From Rhodospirillaceae bacterium (GTDB lineage: Bacteria > Pseudomonadota > Alphaproteobacteria > Rhodospirillales > Rhodospirillaceae): a DNA stretch of 64,000 nucleotides. Location of the stretch: contig JAVKEJ010000053.1 in NCBI GenBank assembly GCA_040221475.1, positions 648,918 to 712,917 on the forward strand. Direction: 5' to 3'. Of this stretch, positions 1-8,854 are shown one piece after another; positions within the stretch are counted from its first letter, which is position 1; every line of letters begins with the position of its first letter. Position numbers and translations under genes: made by a program. The notes under the pieces are model-generated. The model was not told where the DNA came from and did no database searches. It saw only the letters and a list, made by a program, of their open reading frames with translations.

Positions 1-603
1 TCGGGGTCGGGTCTCATCAACCCACACGTGGACTGGTATTCCATCATTATGAGCCGCGTAAACCGCAGATAATGCCGTTCCCCAATCGACGGTCGCGAGC
101 CACCCGGCATTGCAATGTGTTAGTATATTAAAACAGTCAGGTTTCCCCTTTTGCCGCCATATTTGCGACATTAATTGGGCGCCATGTTGCCCGATAGCAC
201 GGCACGTTGTTACATCATCTTCACAGATCTGCGCGGCTAAAGCATACGCGATTGCTTCACGGTTTGAATTGCTTTGAGCTCTGAGCGCCGCTGCCATCTG
301 CTTTAAAGCCCAGGCAAGATTACTGGCCGTGGGACGTGTCGCGATAAGACAATCAAACGCTCGATCAATGTTTGCATCGCGAGGGTCTTGTCGCATGGCC
401 AAAGCCATACCATAGGCTCCTGTCGCACCAATGAGAGGAGCCCCGCGCACCAGCATGTCTTTAATCGCTATTGCCGCGTCTTCTAATGACGTTAGCTCTT
501 CAATAGCAAATTCATAGGGCAGTTTGGTCTGATCAATAATACGGACTGTTCGATCGTCTTCGGCTGTCCAAATTGACCTGTATGATTTGCCATCGACGTT
601 CAT
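1..603 (-). CDS. mtnA: S-methyl-5-thioribose-1-phosphate isomerase, N-terminal 201 codons (3' end runs off the window)
   Basis: Absent from the ORF track because it is truncated. My translation of the minus strand from ATG 603..601 gives MNVDGKSYRSIWTAEDDRTVRIIDQTKLPYEF...DMLVRGAPLIGATGAYGMALA...ATRPTASNLAWAL...ILTHCNAGWLATVDWGTAL, the conserved MtnA/eIF-2B-related motifs. It starts 16 nt after the mtnP stop on the same strand. Confidence 0.8.
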   Translation of the reverse strand, partial: MNVDGKSYRSIWTAEDDRTVRIIDQTKLPYEFAIEELTSLEDAAIAIKDMLVRGAPLIGATGAYGMALAMRQDPRDANIDRAFDCLIATRPTASNLAWALKQMAAALRAQSNSNREAIAYALAAQICEDDVTTCRAIGQHGAQLMSQIWRQKGKPDCFNILTHCNAGWLATVDWGTALSAVYAAHNDGIPVHVWVDETRPR

Positions 604-619
604 AATTACGCTTTCTGAT

Positions 620-1504
620 TTATCCTAATACCCGCTCAAGTATTGGGCCAAGCGCTTTGATCTTCTCTGCGTCTTGCGCATCGGGTGATGTAATAATGGA
701 ATGCTCAAGTGCGGTATGACATCCCGCCGCGCAGTTTTCCTGGCGGTGCTTTAACAGCGGGATGACGGCCTTAACCAGAGATCGCGCGTTATCAGCGTTT
801 GACATCAGCGTCTGAATAACCTGTTCCACAGTGACAGCGTCATGGTCAGGGTGCCAGCAGTCATAGTCGGTCACCATGCCAACCGTCGCGTAACACATCT
901 CAGCTTCGCGAGCTAACTTGGCCTCTGGCATGTTGGTCATGCCAATAATGTCACAGCCCCAAGATTGGTAGAGCTTAGATTCTGCCAAGGTCGAAAACTG
1001 CGGCCCTTCCATGGTGAGGTAACAACCGCCACGCTGATAGGGTATGTGAAGTTTCTTTATCGCAGTTTCCAAATCGTCTGCAAGGCGGTTACACGTAGGA
1101 TGAGCCATTGAGACGTGAGCGACAAAGCCATCACCAAAAAACGACTTTTTACGAGCAAACGTGCGATCAATAAACTGATCAACCAGCACGAAAGTACCCG
1201 GGGCAAGATTCTCTTTGAAAGAGCCGCATGCACTAAGAGATAGAATTTCAGTAACACCCACGGACTTAAGAGCGTAGATGTTGGCACGAAAGTTAATGTC
1301 TGTCGGAGACAGCTTATGACCGCGCCCATGGCGCGGGAGAAAAACCACTTTCTGCCCCTCAAGCATCCCTGTCAGCAACTCGTCGGAAGGCGCTCCGAAC
1401 GGCGTATCAACTGACGTCCATGCCGTTTCTGTCAGGCCATCAATGTCGTACAAGCCAGATCCACCTAATATGCCAATGATAGGCGAAGTCCCAGGATGCG
1501 CCAT
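620..1504 (-). CDS. mtnP: S-methyl-5'-thioadenosine phosphorylase
   Basis: 294-aa ORF with GILGGSGLYD, FLPRHGRGH and GMTNMPEAKLAREAE motifs typical of the MTAP/PNP family. It lies directly upstream of mtnA (methionine salvage pair). Confidence 0.9.
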   Translation of the reverse strand: MAHPGTSPIIGILGGSGLYDIDGLTETAWTSVDTPFGAPSDELLTGMLEGQKVVFLPRHGRGHKLSPTDINFRANIYALKSVGVTEILSLSACGSFKENLAPGTFVLVDQFIDRTFARKKSFFGDGFVAHVSMAHPTCNRLADDLETAIKKLHIPYQRGGCYLTMEGPQFSTLAESKLYQSWGCDIIGMTNMPEAKLAREAEMCYATVGMVTDYDCWHPDHDAVTVEQVIQTLMSNADNARSLVKAVIPLLKHRQENCAAGCHTALEHSIITSPDAQDAEKIKALGPILERVLG

Positions 1505-1626
1505 GTTTTGCTCCTAAATGTGAGGCAGAAGTGTGCCACAGCCCTCAAAACACGGAAAGCTATCTTGACCTATCGGGTGCCCTCTAGTATCCCGCGTGCT
1601 CTGACATAAATCGCTACACTTCATGC

Positions 1627-1716
1627 GGATGGGTGGCCGAGCGGTTGAAGGCACTGGTCTTGAAAACCAGCAGGCGTGAAAGCGTCTCGTGGGTTCGAAT
1701 CCCACCCCATCCGCCA
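1627..1716 (+). tRNA. tRNA-Ser (anticodon UGA), CCA encoded
   Basis: GGATGGG...CCCATCC acceptor stem. Anticodon arm CTGGT-CTTGAAA-ACCAG gives anticodon TGA. Long variable arm. T arm GTGGG-TTCGAAT-CCCAC. Ends GCCA. Confidence 0.9.
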
Positions 1717-1721
1717 TTCTT

Positions 1722-2573
1722 TTAGCTCGTCAGGTTCATCACCCCAAGATACAGGCTGTCGTCCTCAACAGTTAGTTGCGTTGCATAACTTCCGCCGCGA
1801 GTTGAGCTTATGCTGATTTCATAGGCCCCACTCCCGGGCATAAGCTTATCTATTTTAAACTCTCCGAAGACATCTGTTGTGGTGCGGGCAAGCTCGGTGC
1901 CATCCTGCTTTAGAACAACATCGGCCCCTTCTGCGCACTCATCAATTCCATTGATCATTTCCACAACTGATCCACTCACGAAACACGTAGACATCAAATG
2001 CAGATTTTTATAGTAAACGCGCGGTTTTGTTTCGAGCTCAGGGTTTAAAACCTCTAGCTCTTCGTCTTCCACCATCTGCTGCATTTCTGAATCTTCAATT
2101 TTCAGCGCCCGGAATACGTCAGTCGGGCAACTTTGCTCGACACGAGGTTTATTCCAGCCGGTATCAAGAAGATGAGCATCAAAAATCCACGCCTGTGGAA
2201 TTTGAAGTTTTTCGTTCCAATACACAGCACCGTAGGGACATGCGTCGACAATTTCTTTCTGCCCCTTGGATTTCTCTGGATCAATGATGACAATGCCATC
2301 CTCACGTTTCGTAATAGCGCCGTCTGTTGCGACTTTCATGCAGGGCGCGTCATCACAGTGATTACACATCACTGGCATAAAGTTGGCCTCTACGATCGGA
2401 TAATGTCCACGTTCTTTATGTTTAATATCAACCCAACTGTGTTCTTTCTCCGGTTGAGGTGCCGCATAGCCAGGAAAGTCGTTGCCGATGTGCTCGTCTT
2501 TTGTCGCCAGAAAACAGTTTCGACAATTATCACAGCGCGCAACATCGACGATTAGATTCCATTTCTTACTCAT
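1722..2573 (-). CDS. Fe-S (multi-[4Fe-4S]) beta subunit of a pyrogallol-hydroxytransferase-like molybdoenzyme, with C-terminal carboxypeptidase-regulatory-like beta-sandwich
   Basis: Cys clusters CDNCRNC, CNHCDDAPC, ACPYGA, SCPTDV. The C-terminal ~90 aa (CFVSGSVVE...GEFKIDKL..GAYEISIS) resembles the transthyretin-like domain of Pelobacter BthL. ATG 2573 overlaps the alpha-subunit TGA (TGATG), suggesting translational coupling. The track start is GTG 2576. Confidence 0.75.
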   Translation of the reverse strand: MSKKWNLIVDVARCDNCRNCFLATKDEHIGNDFPGYAAPQPEKEHSWVDIKHKERGHYPIVEANFMPVMCNHCDDAPCMKVATDGAITKREDGIVIIDPEKSKGQKEIVDACPYGAVYWNEKLQIPQAWIFDAHLLDTGWNKPRVEQSCPTDVFRALKIEDSEMQQMVEDEELEVLNPELETKPRVYYKNLHLMSTCFVSGSVVEMINGIDECAEGADVVLKQDGTELARTTTDVFGEFKIDKLMPGSGAYEISISSTRGGSYATQLTVEDDSLYLGVMNLTS

Positions 2574-5530
2574 CACACGGCCTCCGCGCGCTGCCAGGTA
2601 TCAACACCCGTCCATTTTTCCATCTGGATCAGTGTCGTATTGGGTTTAATGCTGTGGGTCTGTTCTGTCATATTGTCACTCGAATTGAGCATATTCACGC
2701 ATCCACCCAGATCCGTTGAGTTCCCGGGTTCGCCAACGGGCCGATATTCAGCCGAGGCTGTTGGCGCGCTAACAACACCAGGCTGAACCCGGTCAGTCAC
2801 ATAAGCCGCGCAGACAACCGAGCCTCGGTGGTTCCAGAGGCGAATAAGATCATCGCTCTTAATACCGCGTTCTTCTGCATCTAATCCGCTGATTACGGCG
2901 ACAAGATACTCGTGACCATCCACACGGACGCGGTGATCTTTAATATCTCTAATAGTGCAGCCCTTCTCATCCCCCATGATATGGAACGGATAACGGGTGT
3001 GAGGTGTGAGAAGCTGAAGGGGGTAGTCAGCCAGATGAGGGTCTCTCTCATGACTCTCATATGTTGGCATGTATCTATTGAGTGGTGGACGTCCAGAGTC
3101 ATCAATGTTGTTCAGAGTTGTGGCAACAAACTCGAACTTACCGGACGGGGTTTGCAAACCTTCGCCAAAGTTACCCGTGTAATCCGCCGGGAGTGGGTAG
3201 GGTTCCGGCGTGTCCTTCTTGCGACCTTCGTAGAACCAGCGGTTTCCTGTTTTGGCTCGCGCACCCTCGGAAACAGGTGGTACCACATAATAGCCCTTCT
3301 TGAGGAAATGCTTCCAGGTAATGTGCTTTGACATATCCGAGGAATCAAAAGCACGCTTGCACCAATCAAGTTCGGTATTTCCACCTTCGGAGTACATCGC
3401 CCCCATGTCGAGACGCTTCATTATTTCAAGGAAGATGTCGTGATCAGATTTTGACTCACCCCGAGGCTCAATGCATTTGTGCTGCATAGATATGACGCGG
3501 TGATTGTTCATAGAATACATATGATGCACATAACCGGCACCCACATTGTACCATTCTCCGATATCATCGTGCTCAAATACAGTGCAGGCAGGCAAAATGA
3601 TATCAGCGTACTTTGTCTCCCCTTCCCACCAGATCGATTGATTGACGACAAAGGGGAGTTTTTCAGACTGATACATCTTTACATATCTATTGGAGTCCAT
3701 CTGAGTGCCCATGGATGAACTGCCGTATTTGTACATCATCTCAATTTTGGCGTGCCCGGGCGCCGGGTAACCAACCTTCATAAACTGGCCTTGAACTGTA
3801 GACACGTCGGTCAAGTGGCCAAACGCCTTACCCTCAAGAATAGCCTCAGGAATAAATTTGCGCGGAATTGCCTGGCGCACTGTACTCATCGTGACGATAT
3901 GCGGCATACGTTGATAGTTGTTCGCTGCATTCGCGCTCTGTGTAAGCTCGCCCGACATGCCGCCTTCCGCATAACCGGGGAAATAGAAGGAAAAATCCAA
4001 CGGTGCCCCGAACTGCAAGTTCCCGAAATTCACACCCGGACGACCGTATCCTTGCATCGCGCCGAGAATCGCCATCATCCGTGCCCACTGCGCGCCCATT
4101 GGGCCACGCCCTGCACCGCCAAGACCACAGCCCCAGCTACCGGCACCAAGATACGTCTTCTTTCGCCCCCATTCACGGGCAAGTGCCCGCACTTCTCGTG
4201 CGGGAATACCAGTCTCTGTTTCTTGCCACTCAGGGGACTTCGGTGTGTTATCCGAAAGGCCGAGGATGTAATCTTTCCATTCCTCAAAACCCTGAGTTCT
4301 CTTTTCTACAAACTCCTTGTCGTATGTCTCTTCCGTGATCCAGACATGGCATAACGCTTGCGCGAACGCCGCATCAGTGCCGGGCTTAGGGGCAAACCAT
4401 TTTCCACCCATAAGCGCAGCTGTGTGGTTTAGATATGGATCAATATGCACCATCTTGATGCCAAGTTCTTTGGCCCAAGCGCGGCGGATGGTGCCCTCAT
4501 ACCCATAGGTCTTATCTGGGTCACTCGACCAGAACACCATCATCTCAGTTTCTTTAAGGCAATCTTCTACAGTCCCGTAAAACTCTGGTGTCCCAAGGCG
4601 CATACTATTACCCCAATGGTGCATTGCGCCCCAGAACCAGCCTTCCCAACTATCAGGACTGCCCATCATCTTGGTGCAGCCCAGGAGATTGGTGAAGCGG
4701 CCAAAGGCACTGAGATAATGCCCAAAGTTTCCCCATTGGTGATGTGACCCTGAATTGGCAAAGATCGCGCCGCGGCCCTTAGCCTTAGCGCGCTTTATTT
4801 CTTTAACGACGATATCGAGCGCTTCGTCCCAGCTGATGGGGACAAACTCAGATTTCCCACGGTTTTGAATATTACGTTCGCCATCAACGTCAAAATCAAC
4901 ACGCTTCATGGGCGATAAAATACGGTCTTCGGAATAGACCATCGATTTAAGAGCAAGGCCGTGCGCCGCTAAAGTTGTTTTACGTGGTGGTGTAAACGTC
5001 TTACCTCGGGCTTCTATGGACCAGGACTCAGCATCATCGTCATCAAACTCCATAGGCGTAATTCTTATAATTTTACCGTCCTTGACGTAGACGAAGATCG
5101 GACCACCATTCGTGCCGTTGGTGTACCGCATGACACCGTTGCCCATATCGGTGCCAGCTTTCCAGCCGACGGTCGTCATATAAGTCAGTGTTGAGGCAAA
5201 CCACACGACGAGTGCGTCTTTCCCTTCCATCCCAACTTTGAAGTTTTTCGCAGCGTCAATTCGCGTTAACTGGTCGAATGGGGGGGTTAAAAATTCTACA
5301 GCGATAGCCGCATTCTGAAAGAAGATGGCAACGTCCGGGTTCTCATGAATACCACTTCCAGACTTAATTTTACCGTTGTCAAACTGGATCCAACGGCCCG
5401 CCGAGTTATCCTGCAACTTGAACTGCGCGATAATATTTTTCTCTTTCACACGTGCTGCAAATTTAGGGTAAACGCGGGTAGCTATTCTTAGTGCCTGTAC
5501 CAAGCCCCAAAGTATCACCGAAAATTTCAT
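2573..5530 (-). CDS. Molybdopterin (bis-MGD) oxidoreductase catalytic subunit, pyrogallol-hydroxytransferase-like, with extra N-terminal SCP2-like module
   Basis: 985-aa ORF with strong RBS (AGGAGGAATAAATG). There is no twin-arginine leader and no N-terminal Cys cluster. The body has the look of the DMSO-reductase superfamily. It is paired with the Fe-S beta subunit as in AthL/BthL. Residues ~35-115 look like an SCP2 fold (see findings). Confidence 0.7.
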   Translation of the reverse strand: MKFSVILWGLVQALRIATRVYPKFAARVKEKNIIAQFKLQDNSAGRWIQFDNGKIKSGSGIHENPDVAIFFQNAAIAVEFLTPPFDQLTRIDAAKNFKVGMEGKDALVVWFASTLTYMTTVGWKAGTDMGNGVMRYTNGTNGGPIFVYVKDGKIIRITPMEFDDDDAESWSIEARGKTFTPPRKTTLAAHGLALKSMVYSEDRILSPMKRVDFDVDGERNIQNRGKSEFVPISWDEALDIVVKEIKRAKAKGRGAIFANSGSHHQWGNFGHYLSAFGRFTNLLGCTKMMGSPDSWEGWFWGAMHHWGNSMRLGTPEFYGTVEDCLKETEMMVFWSSDPDKTYGYEGTIRRAWAKELGIKMVHIDPYLNHTAALMGGKWFAPKPGTDAAFAQALCHVWITEETYDKEFVEKRTQGFEEWKDYILGLSDNTPKSPEWQETETGIPAREVRALAREWGRKKTYLGAGSWGCGLGGAGRGPMGAQWARMMAILGAMQGYGRPGVNFGNLQFGAPLDFSFYFPGYAEGGMSGELTQSANAANNYQRMPHIVTMSTVRQAIPRKFIPEAILEGKAFGHLTDVSTVQGQFMKVGYPAPGHAKIEMMYKYGSSSMGTQMDSNRYVKMYQSEKLPFVVNQSIWWEGETKYADIILPACTVFEHDDIGEWYNVGAGYVHHMYSMNNHRVISMQHKCIEPRGESKSDHDIFLEIMKRLDMGAMYSEGGNTELDWCKRAFDSSDMSKHITWKHFLKKGYYVVPPVSEGARAKTGNRWFYEGRKKDTPEPYPLPADYTGNFGEGLQTPSGKFEFVATTLNNIDDSGRPPLNRYMPTYESHERDPHLADYPLQLLTPHTRYPFHIMGDEKGCTIRDIKDHRVRVDGHEYLVAVISGLDAEERGIKSDDLIRLWNHRGSVVCAAYVTDRVQPGVVSAPTASAEYRPVGEPGNSTDLGGCVNMLNSSDNMTEQTHSIKPNTTLIQMEKWTGVDTWQRAEAV

Positions 5531-5627
5531 TTATTCCTCCTGGTACAAACGCCTGGGTTGTACGAGTGCCTGCCCAAACGCTTGCAATCCTAATATAGCC
5601 GCAGCCTAAACGTGCTGTTAGCGCTTC

Positions 5628-5643
5628 CGCAATAGCCGTTCCA
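5628..5643 (-). promoter_or_regulatory. Candidate sigma-54 (-24/-12) promoter for the molybdoenzyme operon
   Basis: The minus strand reads TGGAAC-GGCTA-TTGCG (GG-N10-GC spacing correct), about 100 nt upstream of ATG 5530. This is a single motif match and no enhancer-binding protein gene is nearby. Confidence 0.3.
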
Positions 5644-5835
5644 ACATATTACCCGAAAGATCGCTATCTTGTTGGTGAAAATCCAGCATATAGGTTCGGC
5701 TTCTAAGGATGATTGCGAAATATCAATGGCAAGTCCTTTCAACTCGTATCGGCCTCAGAGTGACAATTCAAATCATCGCGCTAAACGGCCCATATGCTAT
5801 AAGCGTATGAGCGATCTCAACGATGGAGCATCACA

Positions 5836-6495
5836 ATGCGTATAGACATTGTTTTCGACACCGTTTGTCCATGGTGTTATGTGGGTAAGCGCCGGTTTGA
5901 CCGGGCTTTAGCGCAGCGGCCCAATATTGTTCCAGAGATTCAATATCGCTCGTTTCTTCTCAACCCAGATCTTCCCGCCGGCGGGGTTAATCGGCGTGAG
6001 TTCCTAGAGCGTAAGTTTGGGTCCTCACAACAGTATGATCGTGTTGTTGAGGCCTTAGTGCATACAGGCAAAGGCGAAGGTATAGACTTTGCGCTGGAAA
6101 AAATTGACCGCACACCCAACTCCGCCAATTCCCATCGTCTCGTGCGTCTCGCCCAAACCATCGGGGCACAAGGCAAGGCTGTAGATGCTATATTTGCGGC
6201 TTACTTCGAGCGTGGCCTAGATATTGGAGACCCTGAAGTTCTAATTCGGCTTGCTGTTGAAATCGGCTTGGATAAGCAAGCTGCGACGACACATATGCTC
6301 AGTGATGGGGACCTCAATTCAGTATTCAATGAAAATGCACGCATGCATCGGCTTGGGGTAACAGGTGTGCCTTGCTACATCTTTAATGAAAGCAAGGCGA
6401 TCTCTGGAGCGCAGGAACCAGATATCATTCTGCGTTTGTTAGATATGACCGCGGCAGAGGAAGCGGAACAGCCCACACTGCAAAGTACGGGCTGA
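5836..6495 (+). CDS. DsbA-family (FrnE / 2-hydroxychromene-2-carboxylate isomerase-like) thiol oxidoreductase
   Basis: N-terminal IDIVFDTVCPWCYVGKRRF with a CPWC active site. The 219-aa size is typical of the family. Confidence 0.75.
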   Translation: MRIDIVFDTVCPWCYVGKRRFDRALAQRPNIVPEIQYRSFLLNPDLPAGGVNRREFLERKFGSSQQYDRVVEALVHTGKGEGIDFALEKIDRTPNSANSHRLVRLAQTIGAQGKAVDAIFAAYFERGLDIGDPEVLIRLAVEIGLDKQAATTHMLSDGDLNSVFNENARMHRLGVTGVPCYIFNESKAISGAQEPDIILRLLDMTAAEEAEQPTLQSTG

Positions 6496-6522
6496 ACACG
6501 TTTCTTTCCCTAAAGTAACCCT

Positions 6523-7551
6523 CTAGTTGACGACACCGGCTTTCGCCATTTTCTCTAAAGCTTCCTGTTGAAGTTCCATTATCCTAGCTTTGGAGTCCAT
6601 CGGTGCATCTGCAAATGCGTTTGGCGGATAAAAAGAGGTTTCGTTGTAAAGCGGTCGATACATTTCAATCCGTTGACGCAGCAAACGATTACCAGCGCCA
6701 GGTATACGCCGCTCCCGGCGCAAGGCTTCAACATCAATCGTAGCAGATGCGACCGTGCTTTCGCCTGGTCCGCCAACGTCGGCCAAGATACGACCATGGA
6801 AGTCGATAATCTTGGAATGGCCGAGTGTTTGGCCTTCTGGGATAAAGGTGCCGATCTGGCCAGTTGCATTTGTTGAAATGAGGTACATCATGTTCTCTGA
6901 TGCCCTCACCTTTTTAGCCGACTCCCAGGCCCATTTATCAGCAGCTCCATGGTCCGATGTGGGGTGCAACAACACTTCAGCGCCGCGGAACATGAACATG
7001 CGCGCTGCTTCAGGGTACATGATCTCGCCGCACGGCATCATCGCCAGATTTCCAAGCGGTGTTTTGGCAACCGGGAACGTGCCCTCTAAGCCGTATTTGT
7101 CGAGATAAGCATCCATAAAATCATGAGGCGAAGCTGTATGAACCGTGTTGATGCGGCGATACTTGAGAATCACGTCTCCCGACGGATCAATCAGATAACT
7201 GCAATTAAAATAACGACCGGGCCAATCAGGATCTGTCTCATAACTGTTTGCTCCGATGTAACACTTCATCTCCTGTGCCGCTTTTTGAAGCTTTTCTGTT
7301 TCTGGACCGGGTATCTGAATGCACGCTTTCTCAATCCATTCATCGGCGCTTTCTGTCAATGGAAAGCCTGTTAAGGCAAATTCAGGAAAGAGCAGCAAGT
7401 GAGGACCGTTTCCTCGCGCTGCGGCTTTAGCCAATGTGACCCAACGGTCAAGGCTCTTGTGAATAATTTCCATCGCTTCTAAACGCGTGGTCGCGCTATT
7501 TACCGTATATGTGTAAACCTGCATGCATGTTGCGGTCCAAGGCTGTACCAT
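6523..7551 (-). CDS. Carbon-nitrogen hydrolase (nitrilase superfamily) protein, paralog A
   Basis: Glu-Lys-Cys triad contexts LLLFPEFALTGFP, LKYRRINT and AMMPCGEIMYPE. Clear paralog of the adjacent ORF. Confidence 0.8.
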   Translation of the reverse strand: MVQPWTATCMQVYTYTVNSATTRLEAMEIIHKSLDRWVTLAKAAARGNGPHLLLFPEFALTGFPLTESADEWIEKACIQIPGPETEKLQKAAQEMKCYIGANSYETDPDWPGRYFNCSYLIDPSGDVILKYRRINTVHTASPHDFMDAYLDKYGLEGTFPVAKTPLGNLAMMPCGEIMYPEAARMFMFRGAEVLLHPTSDHGAADKWAWESAKKVRASENMMYLISTNATGQIGTFIPEGQTLGHSKIIDFHGRILADVGGPGESTVASATIDVEALRRERRIPGAGNRLLRQRIEMYRPLYNETSFYPPNAFADAPMDSKARIMELQQEALEKMAKAGVVN

Positions 7552-7580
7552 GAATGGAGCTCCTCATTCTAATTTCAGTT

Positions 7581-8624
7581 CTATTTTTTAGTGCGTGGCG
7601 GAATCATGTCTTGCTTGGCCATGTTATCTAAGGCTTCCTCTAAGAGATCTTTAATCATACTTTTGGATTCCATGGGCTTATCCGCAAAGCGATTAACCGG
7701 ATACAAACTTGTGGAAGCGTAAAGCGCCGCATAGGCTTCAGGACGTGACTGAGCAAGTCTGTTAAATCCACCCCGTGTTGAACGAACTCGCCGCAAAGCC
7801 TCAACGTCAATCAGTGATGAGCAGCGTAAGGACTCACCTGGGCTTGGGCCTTGCGTTAAAATACGACCTTCCCAGTCGAAAATGCGCGATTGCCCCGCGA
7901 TGTCATTGATTCCGCGATATGCTTCTGGCATGCCACCGGCGTTGGCCGAAATCAGATAAACCATGTTCTCTGAAGCGCGGACCTTTTTCGCTGATTGCCA
8001 ACTCCAGTTGTCATCTGCGCCATAATCTGACGTAGGATGCAAAATCACCTCGGCACCTCTAAATGCCAGTGCCCGCGCGGCTTCTGGATACATGATCTCC
8101 CCACACGGCATCATACCGATATTTCCAAGCGGCGTTTTGGCCACAGGAAATAACCCCTCTAAACCATGTTTCTCCATGTACTTATCGAGAAAGTCATGCG
8201 GAGACGCAGCATGCGCTGTGTTAATTCGGCGGTACTTAAGAATAATCTCTCCGCTGTCATCTATCAGGTACGAACAGTTGAAGTAGCGCCCCGGCCAGTC
8301 TGGGTCTTTCTCATAGCTGTTAGCACCGATGTAACATTTCTTCTCCTGAGCAAGTTTTTGAAGCCGCTCAGTTTCCGGTCCAGGTATTTCAAAACACGCT
8401 TTAGCAATCCATTCTTCAGCGCTTTCCTTAATCGGAAATCCCTGAAGAGCGAATTCAGGAAACAGCATGAGTTGCTTTTCTCCACTGCGACCGGCTGCAT
8501 CCACAAGCTCAGTCCAACGATCCAGACTTTTGTGGACAATCGCCATCGCGTCATCGCGAGTGGATACGCGGTTGAGGATGTGAGTGTAGACTTGCATGCA
8601 GGTTGCGCGCCACGGATCAATCAC
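7581..8624 (-). CDS. Carbon-nitrogen hydrolase (nitrilase superfamily) protein, paralog B
   Basis: Same triad contexts (LMLFPEFALQGFP, LKYRRINT, GMMPCGEIMYPE). Collinear with paralog A along the whole length. Confidence 0.8.
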   Translation of the reverse strand: MIDPWRATCMQVYTHILNRVSTRDDAMAIVHKSLDRWTELVDAAGRSGEKQLMLFPEFALQGFPIKESAEEWIAKACFEIPGPETERLQKLAQEKKCYIGANSYEKDPDWPGRYFNCSYLIDDSGEIILKYRRINTAHAASPHDFLDKYMEKHGLEGLFPVAKTPLGNIGMMPCGEIMYPEAARALAFRGAEVILHPTSDYGADDNWSWQSAKKVRASENMVYLISANAGGMPEAYRGINDIAGQSRIFDWEGRILTQGPSPGESLRCSSLIDVEALRRVRSTRGGFNRLAQSRPEAYAALYASTSLYPVNRFADKPMESKSMIKDLLEEALDNMAKQDMIPPRTKK

Positions 8625-8854
8625 TGTTGAATACTCCTGAATAGCTTAAGCGGAAGACGAGAGGATATTGCTCTCCCTAGAGATACGATATCTTAGAACC
8701 AGAATACCCTAGCATTCAGAAAGCGTCCGCCAGCCAATCAGCCAGCCACGAATGAGGCGATAACACAGCTCATTTCGCACCAAAAAATCTATAACCTGAT
8801 AAATTGCGTTGCAATTGTTCAACGGCAGACTGCGCTACAAGAAGGAATACCAAA

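Noticed and set aside
1514-1717. 67-aa minus-strand ORF
   Set aside because: It overlaps the tRNA-Ser gene on the opposite strand. The tRNA cloverleaf explains the sequence.
5531-5835. Moco riboswitch in the leader of the molybdoenzyme operon
   Set aside because: I read the minus-strand leader and could not recognise the conserved Moco-motif helices or loops. An Infernal scan would be needed, so no claim is made.
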